Origin: Octopus sinensis
Lineage: Eukaryota
NCBI RefSeq assembly: GCF_006345805.1
Contig: NC_043014.1
Coordinates: 23,870,001 to 23,934,000, forward strand
Direction: 5' to 3'
Length of the DNA: 64,000 nucleotides
Positions within the stretch are counted from its first letter, which is position 1. Every line of letters starts with the position of its first letter. Both the position numbers and the translations under genes were made by a program. The notes beneath the pieces are model-generated. The model saw only the letters and a list, made by a program, of their open reading frames with translations, was not told the DNA's origin and ran no database searches. This document shows, piece by piece, positions 26,961-39,890 of the stretch.

Positions 26961-27766
26961 TCATTTTGAAAAAATAAAGAATTACTCCCATAGCTATGGA
27001 ATAGGCCAGTGAAACATAAAGAAAGTACAGAGTGGTTAACACAGTCGGAGAAACAGTTTGAAATTGTACCAAGACAAATGAGCATCAGAATTGAGCTGTA
27101 TTCAGTGCGACTGAAGTTTAAAAAATAGCAATTGGAAAGGACCTGGATTGGATGGAGTACAAGGATATTGGCTGAAGAATTTTACCATAGTTGCATGAAA
27201 AGATTGTTGTACACCTTGACGAATGGCTGCAGCAAGGACATGTCTTTACCTGGATGACAAGTGGATAAACATTTGCTGTCTCGAGGACCCCTTCAAAGGT
27301 AAGCTGGTATCAAATTTTCAAACTACAACCTGTTTAGCACTTATATGGAAGTTTATGAGAGGTGTCTTGGCAGAAACATTATATAATCATCTGGAAAGTA
27401 ACAGTTTACTTCTATGAACAGAAGTGATGCATGAAGCACAGTAGTGCAATTAAAGACCAATAGTTAGTTGATAAAATGATAATTAGAAATTGTAGAAGCA
27501 GATTGACAGGCTTGAATGTAGCATGGTTGGGTTACAGAAAAGCATATGACATCGTACCACACTGTTGGACAAGTAAAACAATGAGAATGAGTGACACAAA
27601 ATGTGGAGAAAAGTCAAGGAAAGTATGAAACATTGGAGTACTGTATTGATTGGAAAGAAAAAATAAAAGGCTTGGGAAAGCGAAAATCAGATGTGGTATA
27701 TTTCAAGGAGATAGCTTATTTGTATTGGTCATAATACTGCTCAGTTTGATATTAGAAGAAATCAAA

Positions 27767-28441
27767 AGAGCTATTTGGCTGCCACTTTTCAATTTTTGTT
27801 CCAATTAATTTCATATTTGGTGTATTGGTGTAGTTTTGTATGGTAATCATTGACATGAAATTCATTTTGCCTTAATACAACAGAGTTAATAGATTTTAAT
27901 GTTTGCAAATTTTAGCCCATCAAGGGACATATAGGTGCTTGTTTCCATAGTAACAAACCAAGCTGCTTACCCATATGATCATTTTTCGCTTATCAAGTGT
28001 AAAATACATGAGGTATAAGATGGTCATGAGATATACTAAAAATAACAGCCAAATAAGCCTTAAATCACACACCAATTTTTTTTTTGCATAACTGTGAGTT
28101 CCCATATGTAGAATACAAATTTAGAAAAATTTTCGGAAAATTCCAAAAAATAAAAAAGATTTAAGGGGTGCGTAAGGTAGAATTCTGCCAATATTCCATT
28201 TGTTTACAGTTTACATGGGCAGTCACGCACAAAATGACATCTTCCAAATCCTGTTTTCTGACTAGTAAAAATTATCAAACTTTAAACATTTGTAACTTTT
28301 TTTTTTTTAATTTTATGGGAAAAGTGAATTAGCTTCTGAGATTCAGCATGGAAAATTACATCAATACACCAAATTTTAAAATTTTCACTAAACTTTAAAA
28401 TTTCCATAGATGCTACCAAACAAAAAAGATCCAAAATAGCT
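27767..28441. mobile_element. Non-autonomous DNA element inserted in the R4 RT
   Basis: Short inverted termini gagctatttgg / ccaaaatagc. R4 coding resumes at tatgattttggaaaagg. Confidence 0.5.
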
Positions 28442-28588
28442 TTATGATTTTGGAAAAGGATATGGTCTCCTTTTTATGGATAATATAAAGCTTTATATAT
28501 AATGAGAAGTAGCTTGAAAGTCTTGTGCGTACTGTTTGCATTTTCTGAAATGATGTAGGTATAGAATTTGGGATTGAAAAATGCACTA

Positions 28589-29347
28589 CAGTGATCCCTT
28601 GCTACTTCGCAGTTCAACTATCATGGAATCACGACTTTGCAAATTTTAAAAATATATATATATATGAACACCTAAAATTTTTCATTAAATCCATTAAAAT
28701 ATTAATAATAAAAAAGAAGAAACGCAGCAAGGAACAGAAGTTGTCAACCAAACTGGCTTGACTTTGCAACGGCTGGCCAAGGTCTGCAACCTGGCTAAAG
28801 AATTGAAAGGCGAATCATAGGAATTGGACGACGATATGGTTCGTTCTGTGCAATTTTGCAACAAGGTCGATGAAGTCATGAATCCCAACAAGAAGCTCTT
28901 TGAATGGAAAAAGAAGCAGCGGCAGCAACTTCCTATCACAATGTTTTTGCAGCCTCGCAAAAAAAGAGCCAGTTCCTGCTGCTACTACTACGGTTGCACC
29001 TTCAGATGAAGTGGAAGAGGTGTCCCAGGAAAGGGCACCGCCATCAGCTTCATCATCATTTCTACTGCACAGCAAATTCATCACCATCATCATTCAAATT
29101 TTACTTCAACTTCTTTCATGTTGAGTACAGTAACAATCTTTTTTAATCTAAAGTGTTATTGCTTAACAGTTGTCCTTGATATTAATAGACTACTGTAATG
29201 GGTGAGTTGTTAATAGTACAGGGAAGGTTTTAAAAGTCCAAATACACGTTAAATAAATACTGTAAATATGGTGTCCCTACTTCGTGGAAATTCAGTTATC
29301 GCAGCTGGTCTCGGAACCAATCTACCGCGATAAACAAGGGATCACTG
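28589..29347. mobile_element. Pogo/Tigger-type non-autonomous transposon
   Basis: TA|CAGTGATCCCTTG ... CAAGGGATCACTG|TA. Removing it restores the R4 reading EFGIEKCT|KLIMNQG. Confidence 0.85.
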
Positions 29348-30728
29348 TAAATTGATAATGAACCAGGGAAGGTTTGAAGGAAGCCAGGGAATTGAAATGC
29401 CAAATGGGCAAAACATAAAAGTAGTTGAGAAAAGACAGTGGTATAAGTATTTGGGAATACTGGAGGCAGATGAAATAAAACATGAAGAGATGAAGCAGAT
29501 TACAATTAGGGAGTATACAAGGAGAGTGAGAAAAATACTGTTTAAGCTGAATTCAAAATATGCTATTGAAGCAATAAATGCAAGAACAGTACTGGTAATC
29601 AGATATGGAATTGGAATTGTTGATTGGACAAAAAGTGACATGCAGAAACTTGACAGAAAAACTAGAAAGCTGTTAACAATGTTTGGAGACTACCATCAAA
29701 GAGCTAATATTAAAACGGTTGTACTTGAAGAGAGACCAGGGTGGAAGAGTATATACAGAAGGAAAGAAAAGCCTACTAGAATATTTACAGAACAGCACAG
29801 AGAAATTACGAAAAGTAGTAAATAAAGAACAGATGATCAAGTGTGGAATAGGAAAAAAGGACAAGAATGAAATCTTAAGAGAGTATATTAAATAGATTGA
29901 AGAGAAACCTTTGTATGATCAGATTTGGAAAGCCAGTGAGGTTGTGTGTGGAACAAAAACCTGGACTTGGTTGAAAAAAGAGCAATTAAAAAAAAAAAGA
30001 CTTATTTTAGCAGCTCAATATAAAGTGTTAAAAACAAACAACTTGAGAAAATATGAGATGTCAGAGTGTGTGAAATTTTGGATGAAACAATGGTACACAT
30101 TGTGACAGAATGTCCCAAGTTGGCTCAAGGAGAATACAAGAAATGGAGGCATGACCAAGTTGTGAAAGTTTTGCACTGGAGGCTTTGTCAGTAATGGGGA
30201 TTTGAAGCTGGAAGGACTTGGTATTATCATCAAGTTGAAAGGGTGCCTGAGTTGGAGAAGTGCAAGATTTTATGGGATTTTCCAATTCAAACAGAAAAGA
30301 TAGAAAATAATAAACTAGATATAACAATAATACACAAGGAAAAGCAAAGATGCTTACTAATTGATTCATCATGTCCATTTGATTTCAAGATTGTAAAGAA
30401 AGATGAAAAATTAAAAAAAATATACTCCCTTAAAATTTGAAATAGCAATAAATTGGAATATGAAACTGTAAGGGTTGTGCCAGTAATAACTGGTAAATTA
30501 GGGACTGTAAGAAATGATAGACAAATGGTTGAAGGTGATTGAACTGGAGTGTCCTGTGGAGCTTCTACAGAAAGTTTGTCTCTTAGGAACAGGAAAGATT
30601 ATCAGAAGGGTTTTGAGCACTTGAAAGCTTGTGGATATCTAAGGTAACAGGTAGTAACCCATTACCCACTTAAATTCTACCAGGAATAAGACCAAACCTG
30701 AATCAAGTTGAATAATATATATATATAT

Positions 30729-31034
30729 ATAGTTGAAAAATTTCGTTATAGGTATAAATATACCATAAACAAGTGTTTAAAAAATGGAGAAATAAGATGT
30801 TGAATCAAAATTAGATTTAATACAAAATTGGATTCAGTACATACGCACATTTCGAAATTTAAGCATAAATTTAATTATAATATTTTTCTAACTTATTTGT
30901 ATTGTCTTTCGAAACATGCGTATATATTGAATCCTATTTTGTATTAAATCTAATTTTGATTCAACATCTTTTTTCTCCATTTTTCTATACTTGTTTATGG
31001 TATATTTATACCAATAACAAAATTTTCCAACTAT
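30729..31034. mobile_element. Fold-back with ~128-bp arms, Penelope-like, with hammerhead 3' half at the inner ends
   Basis: 30729-30857 is an inverted match to 30907-31034. The inner end reads cGAAAC-atgc-GTA at 30911-30922. Confidence 0.6.
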
Positions 31035-31204
31035 TATTTTCATATTCATATTACTTGCTCTGGCTGATTTTTATGAATATGATGAATCTTTATTAGAAAC
31101 CCTTTTTGGATCTCTCAAAAAGTTTGAGTTGTTCTTTTTCAACTTATTTTTTCTCATATATATATGTATATATATTATATACATACATATCTGTGTGTAT
31201 GTAT

Positions 31205-31236
<32 letters not shown>

Positions 31237-31693
31237 GTGTGCGTTTTCTAATAGAGTCCCTGAAAGCCTCTCATATATAAATACATGTGCATGACTGTTG
31301 ATATTCTATGCTTGTCTCCACATGATGGTGGTTATATTCCTTATTAACCTTATGACCAAGTTATCCTGCACTTTCAAAGAGCTGTAGAATAAAAATCTTT
31401 TACTTGGAAAACAGCTAAGTGTTGATGAGAGGGAGAGCATCCAGCTCCTCAATCTAACCTAAGCTACCATGAAAAAAATGGGACATTAAATGAAAGAATA
31501 AAGTATAAAATAAGTTTGCCTCTGTGTGTGTATACGCATATATAAATATATAATAAATTTATTTATGCATATATACATATAAATATATATATATATATGT
31601 GTGTTTATATATACACACCTCATATTTACCACACAGGTAAAAAGAAATACAGATAAATAAACAAATATATAACAATGGGAGTCAGGTAATTCA

Positions 31694-33931
31694 TTACACA
31701 TACTGAATAGGATAACTTATTTCTGTAAAACCATCACTATTGACTCTTGTAATAGCAAATGGTACAGGGATGTCATCTGAAGCTGTAATGACAATTTGTG
31801 TTGTTGTTGGAGGAATTGTGTTTTCTTCTTTTGTGCTATTTTCTTCTGCTTCTTCTCCATATGATTCAGTAAACAGTCCATTGTTGTTACTAATCTGGTA
31901 ATCAGAAATTCGATGTTTTTTGTTTGGCCTTTCCCCAATGCCATGCTGTTTTAATAAGTGTTCTTTGAGTTTGTCATACCGTGTTGACGTGAATGAGCAA
32001 TGGTCACACTTGTATGGCCGATCGTTTGAATGAAGCAACATGTGCCGTTTCATGTTTTTTATGAGTGAGAAACTTTGGTTGCACACCCGACAAATATGTG
32101 GTTTTTCATGAGTGTGTGTCAACATATGATACTTGAGATTTTGTCTCTTTAATGCTTGAAATATACAACCTTGAACAGTGCACTTGAACGTTTCCCCTGT
32201 GTGTATAAGATGATGAGCCTTAAGCTGACTTTTATGTGCAGTTGCAAAACCACAAACATCACACAAATGGTCCTTAGTATTGCTATGTACCACCATATGA
32301 CTTTTGAGAGCATGCTTCCATTTGAAACCTGCAAAACATTTTGGACATACAAATGGTTTGTCTTCTGAATGCTTAGGTGCATGCAAATTGAGTTGAGTTT
32401 TTGTTTTAAATTTCATATCACACAGGCAACAGAAATATGGATGTTCCCCACTATGTCGAGATAAGTGTAATGTAAGTTCTTCAGCATTAGTAGCTTTATA
32501 ATCACAATAACTGCATTGAAGTTCAGCATGTAAATGGCTTCGGTTATGATCTGTAAGAGATTTCAATTTGTTGGCTTTATAATCACATTTATCACAACCA
32601 TATTTACCTTCCAAGTGTATTTTTTGATGTCTTTTAAAATGATAGAAACTATAGGTACTATACAGGCAGTCATCACAGACGTATACTTCAAAATTTACAT
32701 TATTTACCTTACCAAGCTTCTTACACTTACCATTACCACCATCACCACTACTACTGTCGTTATTGTTGGCAGAATTTTGATTGTTATTTGAAGAACTGTG
32801 TAGACGTGATCTCGTTTTACCCTTGTTTCTGTAAATGGATCGACTACGCGTGTGTTTCTTGCTGAGTCGTATTCGAAGACTTGAACGTACAGCTCCTGGA
32901 CATTGAGATAGCGATTTTTCTTCAAGTTCAATCTGTGCTTCAGGTTCCGTGTCAGGCTTACCTGTCTCCACTGAATCTTCCGTTTTATCACCTTCAATTG
33001 TGGAACTTAAATTTTGAATTTCTGAATTTGAAACTGAATTAATATTAGTAGCAGTAGTAATAATGGAAGTTGTGTTTGTTGAGGTAGCTGTATGCGTCAC
33101 TAATGTTGATAAAGTTTCGTCCATTAAACTATCTGTGGTTATGTCTTGGATAGGTGTAGATTCTTCGAAAATTGTTTCAGCAGTACTACCTGATACTTGA
33201 AAAGGCTGACCATTAATAGTTTCACATGGCTGTACAGAGGCTGAAGAAGTCACAGTTGTGGAACTTAACACTAAACAATTGTTGGAAACTGATAAAACAT
33301 TCGAGTTAGAATGAGTAAAAATATTAGTTTGAGTTGTTTGGTCTTTACTGTCACCAATTTCCTGCGGAGGTAAAGATTCGCCAACAAAATTATTAGTTAT
33401 AAGATTGTCCAGTTGATAGTCGGGATCCTTCTTTATTTGCTGTGGATCTTCTTGGCTGGTATGTTTACTGTCGACAACAGTTGTTATGCCAGAAGTTTGG
33501 ACACTCTGTCGGAATCTTTCACAATATTCTAAAACTCTGTCCATCTGCATGATCTTGGCTATCTCAACCACCTGAGAGAGAACGTTGAGAGAAAGCTCGA
33601 TGACGCTTGTATACATAAAATCTACAACCTTCCTAACGGCCATCCCGTAGCCACTATTGGAATCACTCGCTCCATCGATGTGAATTTCAATTATTTGGGG
33701 TGCTTTCTGAGAGAAAGCGCGTGGCAAGTCTTGTCCCATGCCCAGAAAGGAAGCAAAATATGGACTAGCAGCAGCCAATACATTACTATGAGCAAAAATT
33801 TCCTCGCCACATACTTTAAATACAATGTCACAGAAACGGGATATCTTTCTTTGATCGTATAAATTTTTCATAACGTTGCTTATAAGTTTTTCGTCGACGA
33901 ACTGAACCATCGGCTCTTCCTTCGACGCCAT
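31694..33931 (-). CDS. BTB/POZ domain + nine C2H2 zinc-finger transcription factor (ZBTB family), 745 aa, single coding exon
   Basis: N-terminal BTB (FCDIVFKVCGEEIFAHSNVLAAASPYF...VVDFMYT), Ser/Thr-rich linker, nine CxxC-x12-Hxxx(x)H fingers with SGEHPY/SEDKPF/THEKPH-type linkers, uninterrupted ORF. Confidence 0.95.
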   Translation of the reverse strand: MASKEEPMVQFVDEKLISNVMKNLYDQRKISRFCDIVFKVCGEEIFAHSNVLAAASPYFASFLGMGQDLPRAFSQKAPQIIEIHIDGASDSNSGYGMAVRKVVDFMYTSVIELSLNVLSQVVEIAKIMQMDRVLEYCERFRQSVQTSGITTVVDSKHTSQEDPQQIKKDPDYQLDNLITNNFVGESLPPQEIGDSKDQTTQTNIFTHSNSNVLSVSNNCLVLSSTTVTSSASVQPCETINGQPFQVSGSTAETIFEESTPIQDITTDSLMDETLSTLVTHTATSTNTTSIITTATNINSVSNSEIQNLSSTIEGDKTEDSVETGKPDTEPEAQIELEEKSLSQCPGAVRSSLRIRLSKKHTRSRSIYRNKGKTRSRLHSSSNNNQNSANNNDSSSGDGGNGKCKKLGKVNNVNFEVYVCDDCLYSTYSFYHFKRHQKIHLEGKYGCDKCDYKANKLKSLTDHNRSHLHAELQCSYCDYKATNAEELTLHLSRHSGEHPYFCCLCDMKFKTKTQLNLHAPKHSEDKPFVCPKCFAGFKWKHALKSHMVVHSNTKDHLCDVCGFATAHKSQLKAHHLIHTGETFKCTVQGCIFQALKRQNLKYHMLTHTHEKPHICRVCNQSFSLIKNMKRHMLLHSNDRPYKCDHCSFTSTRYDKLKEHLLKQHGIGERPNKKHRISDYQISNNNGLFTESYGEEAEENSTKEENTIPPTTTQIVITASDDIPVPFAITRVNSDGFTEISYPIQYV

Positions 33932-35026
33932 ATTGAAAGGGAAAGTTAATTATGTGCGTATATGATTTTGCCAAAAGTCAGACAAATAAAGTGAGCAAAA
34001 GTGATACAAAGGTTACCTTAACTTGATATCGATGGTTTTGTATCGCTTATGAGTCCAAATTGTTATTACTGATTTTTCACAAAAATAATACAAATAATGA
34101 AAGGTCCCTGTGAACAAGTCTCCCACACAAGCTTCGGTAGGCTGACGCTACAAACGCACACTAATTGAAAGACTTATACATATTCCAAATACGGAATCAT
34201 TTTCGTAAATATAAACATACTCACAACTACATCATACATAGACACACGAACATGCAGAAGGGAGGTAACTCTACTCTTTAAACGTTCAGTAGGTGTTTGA
34301 TCATCTGGTTATAAGTTAAGAGAAGCGTCTAGAACGTGTGTGTTTATGTAATATAAACACACACATACATACACGCACACACATATGTAGATCGGTGTAC
34401 CAATACTTGCTTACAAATCTCTATGTCTGATGTTATCCATAACTGCGTTTAAATTTGGTATTTAAAAAAAATTAAGTTAAACATGACCAGATGGTAGTTA
34501 TTTTGTTTAAATTAACCTTGATCGAGCAGACCTGCTATCAGAAGCGTTCCAGTTGTAACTTTACAATCTTTTTATTTCTTTTTCCCAGTTGTAGTGAGTG
34601 TATCCAGAACTACATTTTGTTTAGAAATGCCATTGTAATTTGGGGAAAATTTGATTACTATTTCAAGTAGTTCGAAACCTGCTTTAATAGGGCAGGCATT
34701 TCATGAAAATCATTCCAGCATGATCATTTCAATTTTTTCTTGTTCAATTAAACATACTCCAGATTACCTTATCTAATGTATCCCTTGTTGAAATCAACTA
34801 TTCCTTTCATTTTTCCGGCGTCGTTATACGATATACCACTTAAGTACTGAGATCTGCTTAATATTCCTCTAAGGCACCCTATATGTGAACGGAATCATAA
34901 AATAAGACAAAATGGTAGGGAGTAGTTTGATAACATTTGGCTGCTATTTCTCGCAGATGGAGTGGTTTCCTCTTGTATCAGTCCTTTATAATGGTTTCAA
35001 ATTTTGGCACAAAGCCAGCAATTACG

Positions 35027-35817
35027 TCCTTTTGAACGGCACTTTGTAACATAATTCCTAGGTAACTAAAAAGTTTTAAACTTCGTATACTGGTAGAATG
35101 TGTTTATAAAACATCATTTTCTCTTGGCTTTATTGAGAAAATTCTATATGTTGTAAGATATTTCGTCTTTAATTTCGAGCATTTCGGCAATTTTAACCAA
35201 TCGCTGACGTCCATTTAGGTAAATAACATTCTGTGCATAATGAATATGTCCCTCCTTTAAGAAACAGATTGGGTTTATTTACATTTGTGAAGAAAAAAGA
35301 TACCCTTCCCCTAACCCTAACCTTAACTAACCCTAAATCTAAAATAGATTGAAATGCAATAGATCGATACTAGGGTTATAATTATGCGTGACAATTTCAT
35401 ACGACACCGCTACAGAAAATGGGATTTTTTTCTAGCGGTGACAAATGAAAATGTCACCCATAATTATGGCCCTAGTATCGATCTATTGCATTTCAATCTA
35501 TTTTAGGGTTAGAGTTAGGGGTGGGGGAAGGGTATCTTTTTTTCTTCACAAATGTAAATAAACCCAATCTGTTTCTTAAAGGAGGGACATATTCATTATG
35601 CACAGAATGTTATTTACCTAAATGGACATCAGCGATTGGTTAAAATTGCCGAAATGCTCAAAATTAAAGACGAAATATCTTACAACATATAGAATTTTCT
35701 CAATAAAGCCAAGAGAAAATGATGTTTTATAAACACATTCTACCAGTATACGAAGTTTAAAACTTTTTAGTTACCTAGAAATTATGTTACAAAGTGCCGT
35801 TCAAAAGGAAAAGATCC
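35027..35817. mobile_element. Palindromic MITE (~790 bp) with internal CCCTAA/TTAGGG repeats, copy 1
   Basis: The whole element is self-complementary about ~35422. Termini (ggatcttt)tccttttgaacggca ... tgccgttcaaaaggaaaagatcc. Confidence 0.85.
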
Positions 35818-36340
35818 TACGTCGACCCCAGTACTCAACTGGAACTTATTTTATCGACCCCGAGAGGATGAAAGGCAGAGTGGACCTTGATGGAATTTGA
35901 ACTTACAACGTAAAGACAAACGAAATACCTATTTCTTTACTACCCACAGGGGGCTAAACACAGAGAGGACAAACAAGGACAGACAAACGGTTTAAGTCGA
36001 TTATATCGACACCAGTGCATAGCTGGTACTTATTTAATCAACCCCAAAAGGATGAAAGGCAAAGTTGACCTCGACGGAATTTGAACTTAGAACATAGCGG
36101 CAGACGAAATACCTATTTCTTTACTACCCACAAGGGGCTAAACACAGAGGGGACAGACAAACGGATTAAGTTGATTACATCAACTCCAGTGCGTAACTGG
36201 CACTTAATTTATCAACCCTGAAAGGATGAAAGGCAAAGTCGACCTCAGCAGAATTTGAACTCAGAACGTAATGGCAGACGAAATACTGCTACGCATTTCG
36301 CCCGGCATGCTAACAATTCTGCTTGCTCGCTGCCTTAATG
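35818..36340 (+). repeat. SINE body triplicated in tandem (~175-185-bp period)
   Basis: tcgaccccag...gatgaaaggcaaagt...gaatttgaact recurs at ~35822, ~36006 and ~36180. Confidence 0.8.
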
Positions 36341-36399
36341 CATTTCTCCTTTTTAATTAGGGTGCTAACCTGTCAAAAGGACCACAGTCTACTCTGATG

Positions 36400-37850
36400 T
36401 GTTTTTTTTAGCATGTGTTTACAAAACAGGTTGTAGTTTGAAAGCACATACTAAAAGAATGTTTTCTAAACTTGTTGTCCATCAAAGGCGATGACAGTGT
36501 TGATCCCGGATATTCACCCTCCTCCCCCTCCAATATATTGTTTCTTATGGGAGCAGATGTGACTGACAAGACCAATTCGAGACAGGCAGATCCTGTGGTA
36601 TTGAGGGTACTGAAAGTGACCCCAAACAACAGCTACAGGGTACTTATGACAATGTCTACTCTTCTCTTCATAAAGTCCCCTGCATTCAGTTTCAAAACAT
36701 TCTGCTCCAGCATCTGTGGATACACAGACAGCTTAATAAACAGAGATTTTTGTACTTACTCTAAGGTTCTTGTTCCAAAAGGCTTGTTCGCTGAGTCTTC
36801 CGAAAGAGGCAGAGGCCAAGTTAATCTGATGGAGTATCTCCTCACTGAGGAATCCAGTGTTAGAGATTGTGCTTCTAAGATAGCAAACTGAATCTACTTC
36901 TTGTGGTAGAGGAGCATTATCAATAAGGATTGGCTGATGGGGAGGTAAGTACTGGAAGACTGATTGAATTTCAGTTTTTCGATGATTCACTTGAAGACAA
37001 AGATGAGAATAGGCACTGTTCATTGAGTTCATCATGTGTTGAAAAGAGGCAAGGGTATGAGATAGTGCAACTCAATCGTCAGGTTTTGATGTAGCTTTCA
37101 GGTGGCAAATGTTAAAGATGCTGCGTTCATAGTAGTACCCAATACGAAATCCATTGTCTTGGTGAACTGTCTCCTTGAAAGAAGGGGTACAGCCACCAAG
37201 TAAATGTTAAACAGCACAAGGTAAGAATGGATTCGTGTTTTAATCCCCTCCCCTCACCATGATTTCTGTCATTGCCATTGAGGACACCACTCCTGTAGAA
37301 TATGGATCCCTCTCCCTGTCCAAGAGCCACTATGTTATATTTGAACTTTGATGCAACCAAAGAAGTTTTTCAATGAAGTTGATCTGAGAAAGATCAAATA
37401 AAGTTCTGACATTCCAGGAAGCAATTGACAGTTTTTTAAAGTTTCAACTGCATTAGAAGGGTGAACTGTCTGTGCAAAGATTTGTTTGCAGTGATGAAAA
37501 GAGTACACAATCTTCCATGGCACAACTTGACTTATCTGTGACTGGTTCAGTGACAAGGAAAATATCCAGGACAGCTGTGATCAGGGACAAGCTGCATCAA
37601 CAGTATGTAGTGGAGTGCCTTTACAGCCAACCCACTCACCTTTGTCCTATTGTAGTTAATAGTTAATAGCAGCACAAAACATATGACTTGCGACCTAATG
37701 TTGGACAGACACAGAGGGTGTGTGACTGGAGTAGCCACCAGATGCTGGAACAAATGCTGTTCTGGATTTGACAAAAGAGAAAAGATAAGGCAGGGTTTAG
37801 TCAACATGTTAGTTAACCCATAGCTGGAACCCTAACATGTGCTACTACTC
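36400..37850 (-). pseudogene. Old, fragmented BovB-type RTE LINE
   Basis: Peptide KTEIQSV...CYLRSTIS...HQINLASASFGRL...NLRVSTKISVY parallels the RT C-terminus of the element at 60506-64000. Confidence 0.7.
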
Positions 37851-37874
37851 TGGATCAGTCGTATATATATATAT

Positions 37875-38188
37875 ATTGAAATTATAGGAAATTTCTTAGA
37901 ACATGAATTTATAAAAATATTTCCAGACAGTTTTTTTTTAATATTGCTTTCTTTTAGTACTTTTAGTAATTGCTACTTACCTAATTGATAATCAGCTTTC
38001 TCCATTATAGTATCATCATCATTACCTTAACCTGATGATGATGATGATACTATAATGGAGAAAGCTGATTATCAATTAGGTATGTAGCAATCACTAAAAG
38101 TACTAAAAGAAAGTAATATTAAAAACTTGACTGTCTGGAAATATTTTTTATAAATTCATGTTCTAAGAAATTTCCTATAATTTCAATT
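37875..38188. repeat. Inverted repeat, ~145-bp arms with short spacer
   Basis: attgaaattataggaaatttcttag...tatcatcatca is an inverted match to tgatgatgatac...ctaagaaatttcctataatttcaat. Confidence 0.9.
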
Positions 38189-38541
38189 TCTGAAGTTTAT
38201 TGAATTTTTTAAACTCCAAATTCTCACAAATTTAAATACTCATTGCATTCACTGCATCCAATTCTTCATAAATTTAAATATTCATTGCATTCACTGCGGA
38301 GTAAATTTTAATGTTTCATAATAAACACTATTTTACTTTTTTATTTCCAACAGTCTCTCATTCTCGCTCGCCTCTATTTTCATTAATGATAATTTAATAA
38401 AAGCTTTATAACTTTGACACGAGACACAATTTCAGGAATATTATCAGTTTACAGAGTTTGTTAAATGAATATTTTTGATAAAATGAAAATTTTTTAATAT
38501 ACACCGTCTGTCATTGACATCCAAACATTTATTAAGAAAAT

Positions 38542-38982
38542 ATGTCTTCATCATCTCTGTTCTGTTGTCGGTTCCTTCGGCTGTCACATTATCTTCGATG
38601 CTCTAATTCTTTCGTCGGCAATCGCTTCAAGTCATTATTGCAATTCACTCCTGGGATCCGTACTTCTTCACAACTTCAAGGAACTCCTGCCAACCTTAAG
38701 AGAGCAACTAATTTTGATAAACGCATTTTGGTTTGGCATAAGAAATATAAATCTGTTGAAGATGTCCCCGAATACATTTCGATATCAGTGATCAACAAAG
38801 CCAAAGACTTAAGCCGTGTCTATGTCAGCCTCTGCATGGTTGCTGTCACCATTGTCCTTTGCATCATTGTGATGTACAGCGGGAGACAGGCTGCAAAACG
38901 GGGTGAAGGAGTGTCAAAGACCAACATGGAGTGGCACCGCCAATATAATAAAGAAAAGAATGGAGATGACACCAAGAACTAA
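38542..38982 (+). CDS. FAM162: FAM162/UPF0389 (DUF1075) family mitochondrial membrane protein, 146 aa, intronless
   Basis: Arg/Ser-rich presequence-like N-terminus, family motif FDKRILVW.KKYKSVEDVPEYIS...NKAKD..RV, one TM helix, then SGRQAAKRGE.V...N.EWH. Confidence 0.85.
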   Translation: MSSSSLFCCRFLRLSHYLRCSNSFVGNRFKSLLQFTPGIRTSSQLQGTPANLKRATNFDKRILVWHKKYKSVEDVPEYISISVINKAKDLSRVYVSLCMVAVTIVLCIIVMYSGRQAAKRGEGVSKTNMEWHRQYNKEKNGDDTKN

Positions 38983-39479
38983 GACATATTGCTTCTTCCT
39001 CTTCTTCTCTCTCTCTCTCTCTCATACACACAGACTCTGCACACAGTTTCATGTAGAGGCATGTATACACAAACAAGCACATGCCCTTACATATACACAT
39101 TAACACCTACACACTCACATAAACCACCCCACTGACAATCAATATGGACTAACACACCCACAAATACATGCACACACACACCCACAAATACATGCACACA
39201 CGCATGCATGCACGTGCATACTTAATCATGCAAACACGTTTTCATTCTTGTTCCCCAAACAACCTTGCATATATACACCTAAACGGATGCTTCTTCTTCC
39301 TCCCACCACACACACACACAAAGGCTGTGTCCCATACACATATATATATATCACATGATCATGTGATTGAGCAGACTGTTGAATGCTGTTATACATCGCT
39401 AGTCACAATGCACTTTGCATCATCTTAGCTTTCTAATGAGGCCACCCTACTGACTAAGTCAGCAGGCCAAAATACATAC

Positions 39480-39540
<61 letters not shown>

Positions 39541-39721
39541 TACATACATATGCATACATACAGGAGGAGCCAAAAGTCATGCACAAAATTCAATATGTTC
39601 TAGAATTGTCTATGACATGTTTCAGTTTTTCTAAAATTGAATAAAACAATATTGAACACATACGTACTTCTACACGTTGAACAAAATGAATAATAATAAT
39701 AATAAAAATAATAATAATAAT

Positions 39722-39890
39722 AACTACACTCACGGAGTGGTTGGCATTAGGAAGGGCATCCAGCTGTAGAAACACTGCCAGATCAGACTGGTCCTGGTGC
39801 AGCCTTCTGGCTTCCCAGACCCCAGTTGAACCGTCCAACCCATGCTAGCATGGAAAGCGGATGCTAAATGATGATGATGATGATGATGAT
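39722..39890 (+). mobile_element. RTE 3'-tail fragment ending in (GAT)n
   Basis: Same tail as 13090-13250. Confidence 0.85.

Larger units (their letters stand above)
27050..30712 (+). mobile_element. Degenerate R4/Dong-clade non-LTR retrotransposon (RT + CCHC/restriction-like endonuclease), split by two DNA-element insertions
   Basis: Peptides GIFQGDSL, GIEFGIEKC, YKYLGILEAD, AINARTVLVIRYG, HIVTECPKLAQGEYKKWRHDQV and KILWDFPIQT...KLDI. Confidence 0.8.

Noticed and set aside
38030-38085. CTGATGA...GAAA as a hammerhead
   Set aside because: CTGATGA comes from a (GAT)n repeat, and there is no convincing stem II, stem III or stem I.
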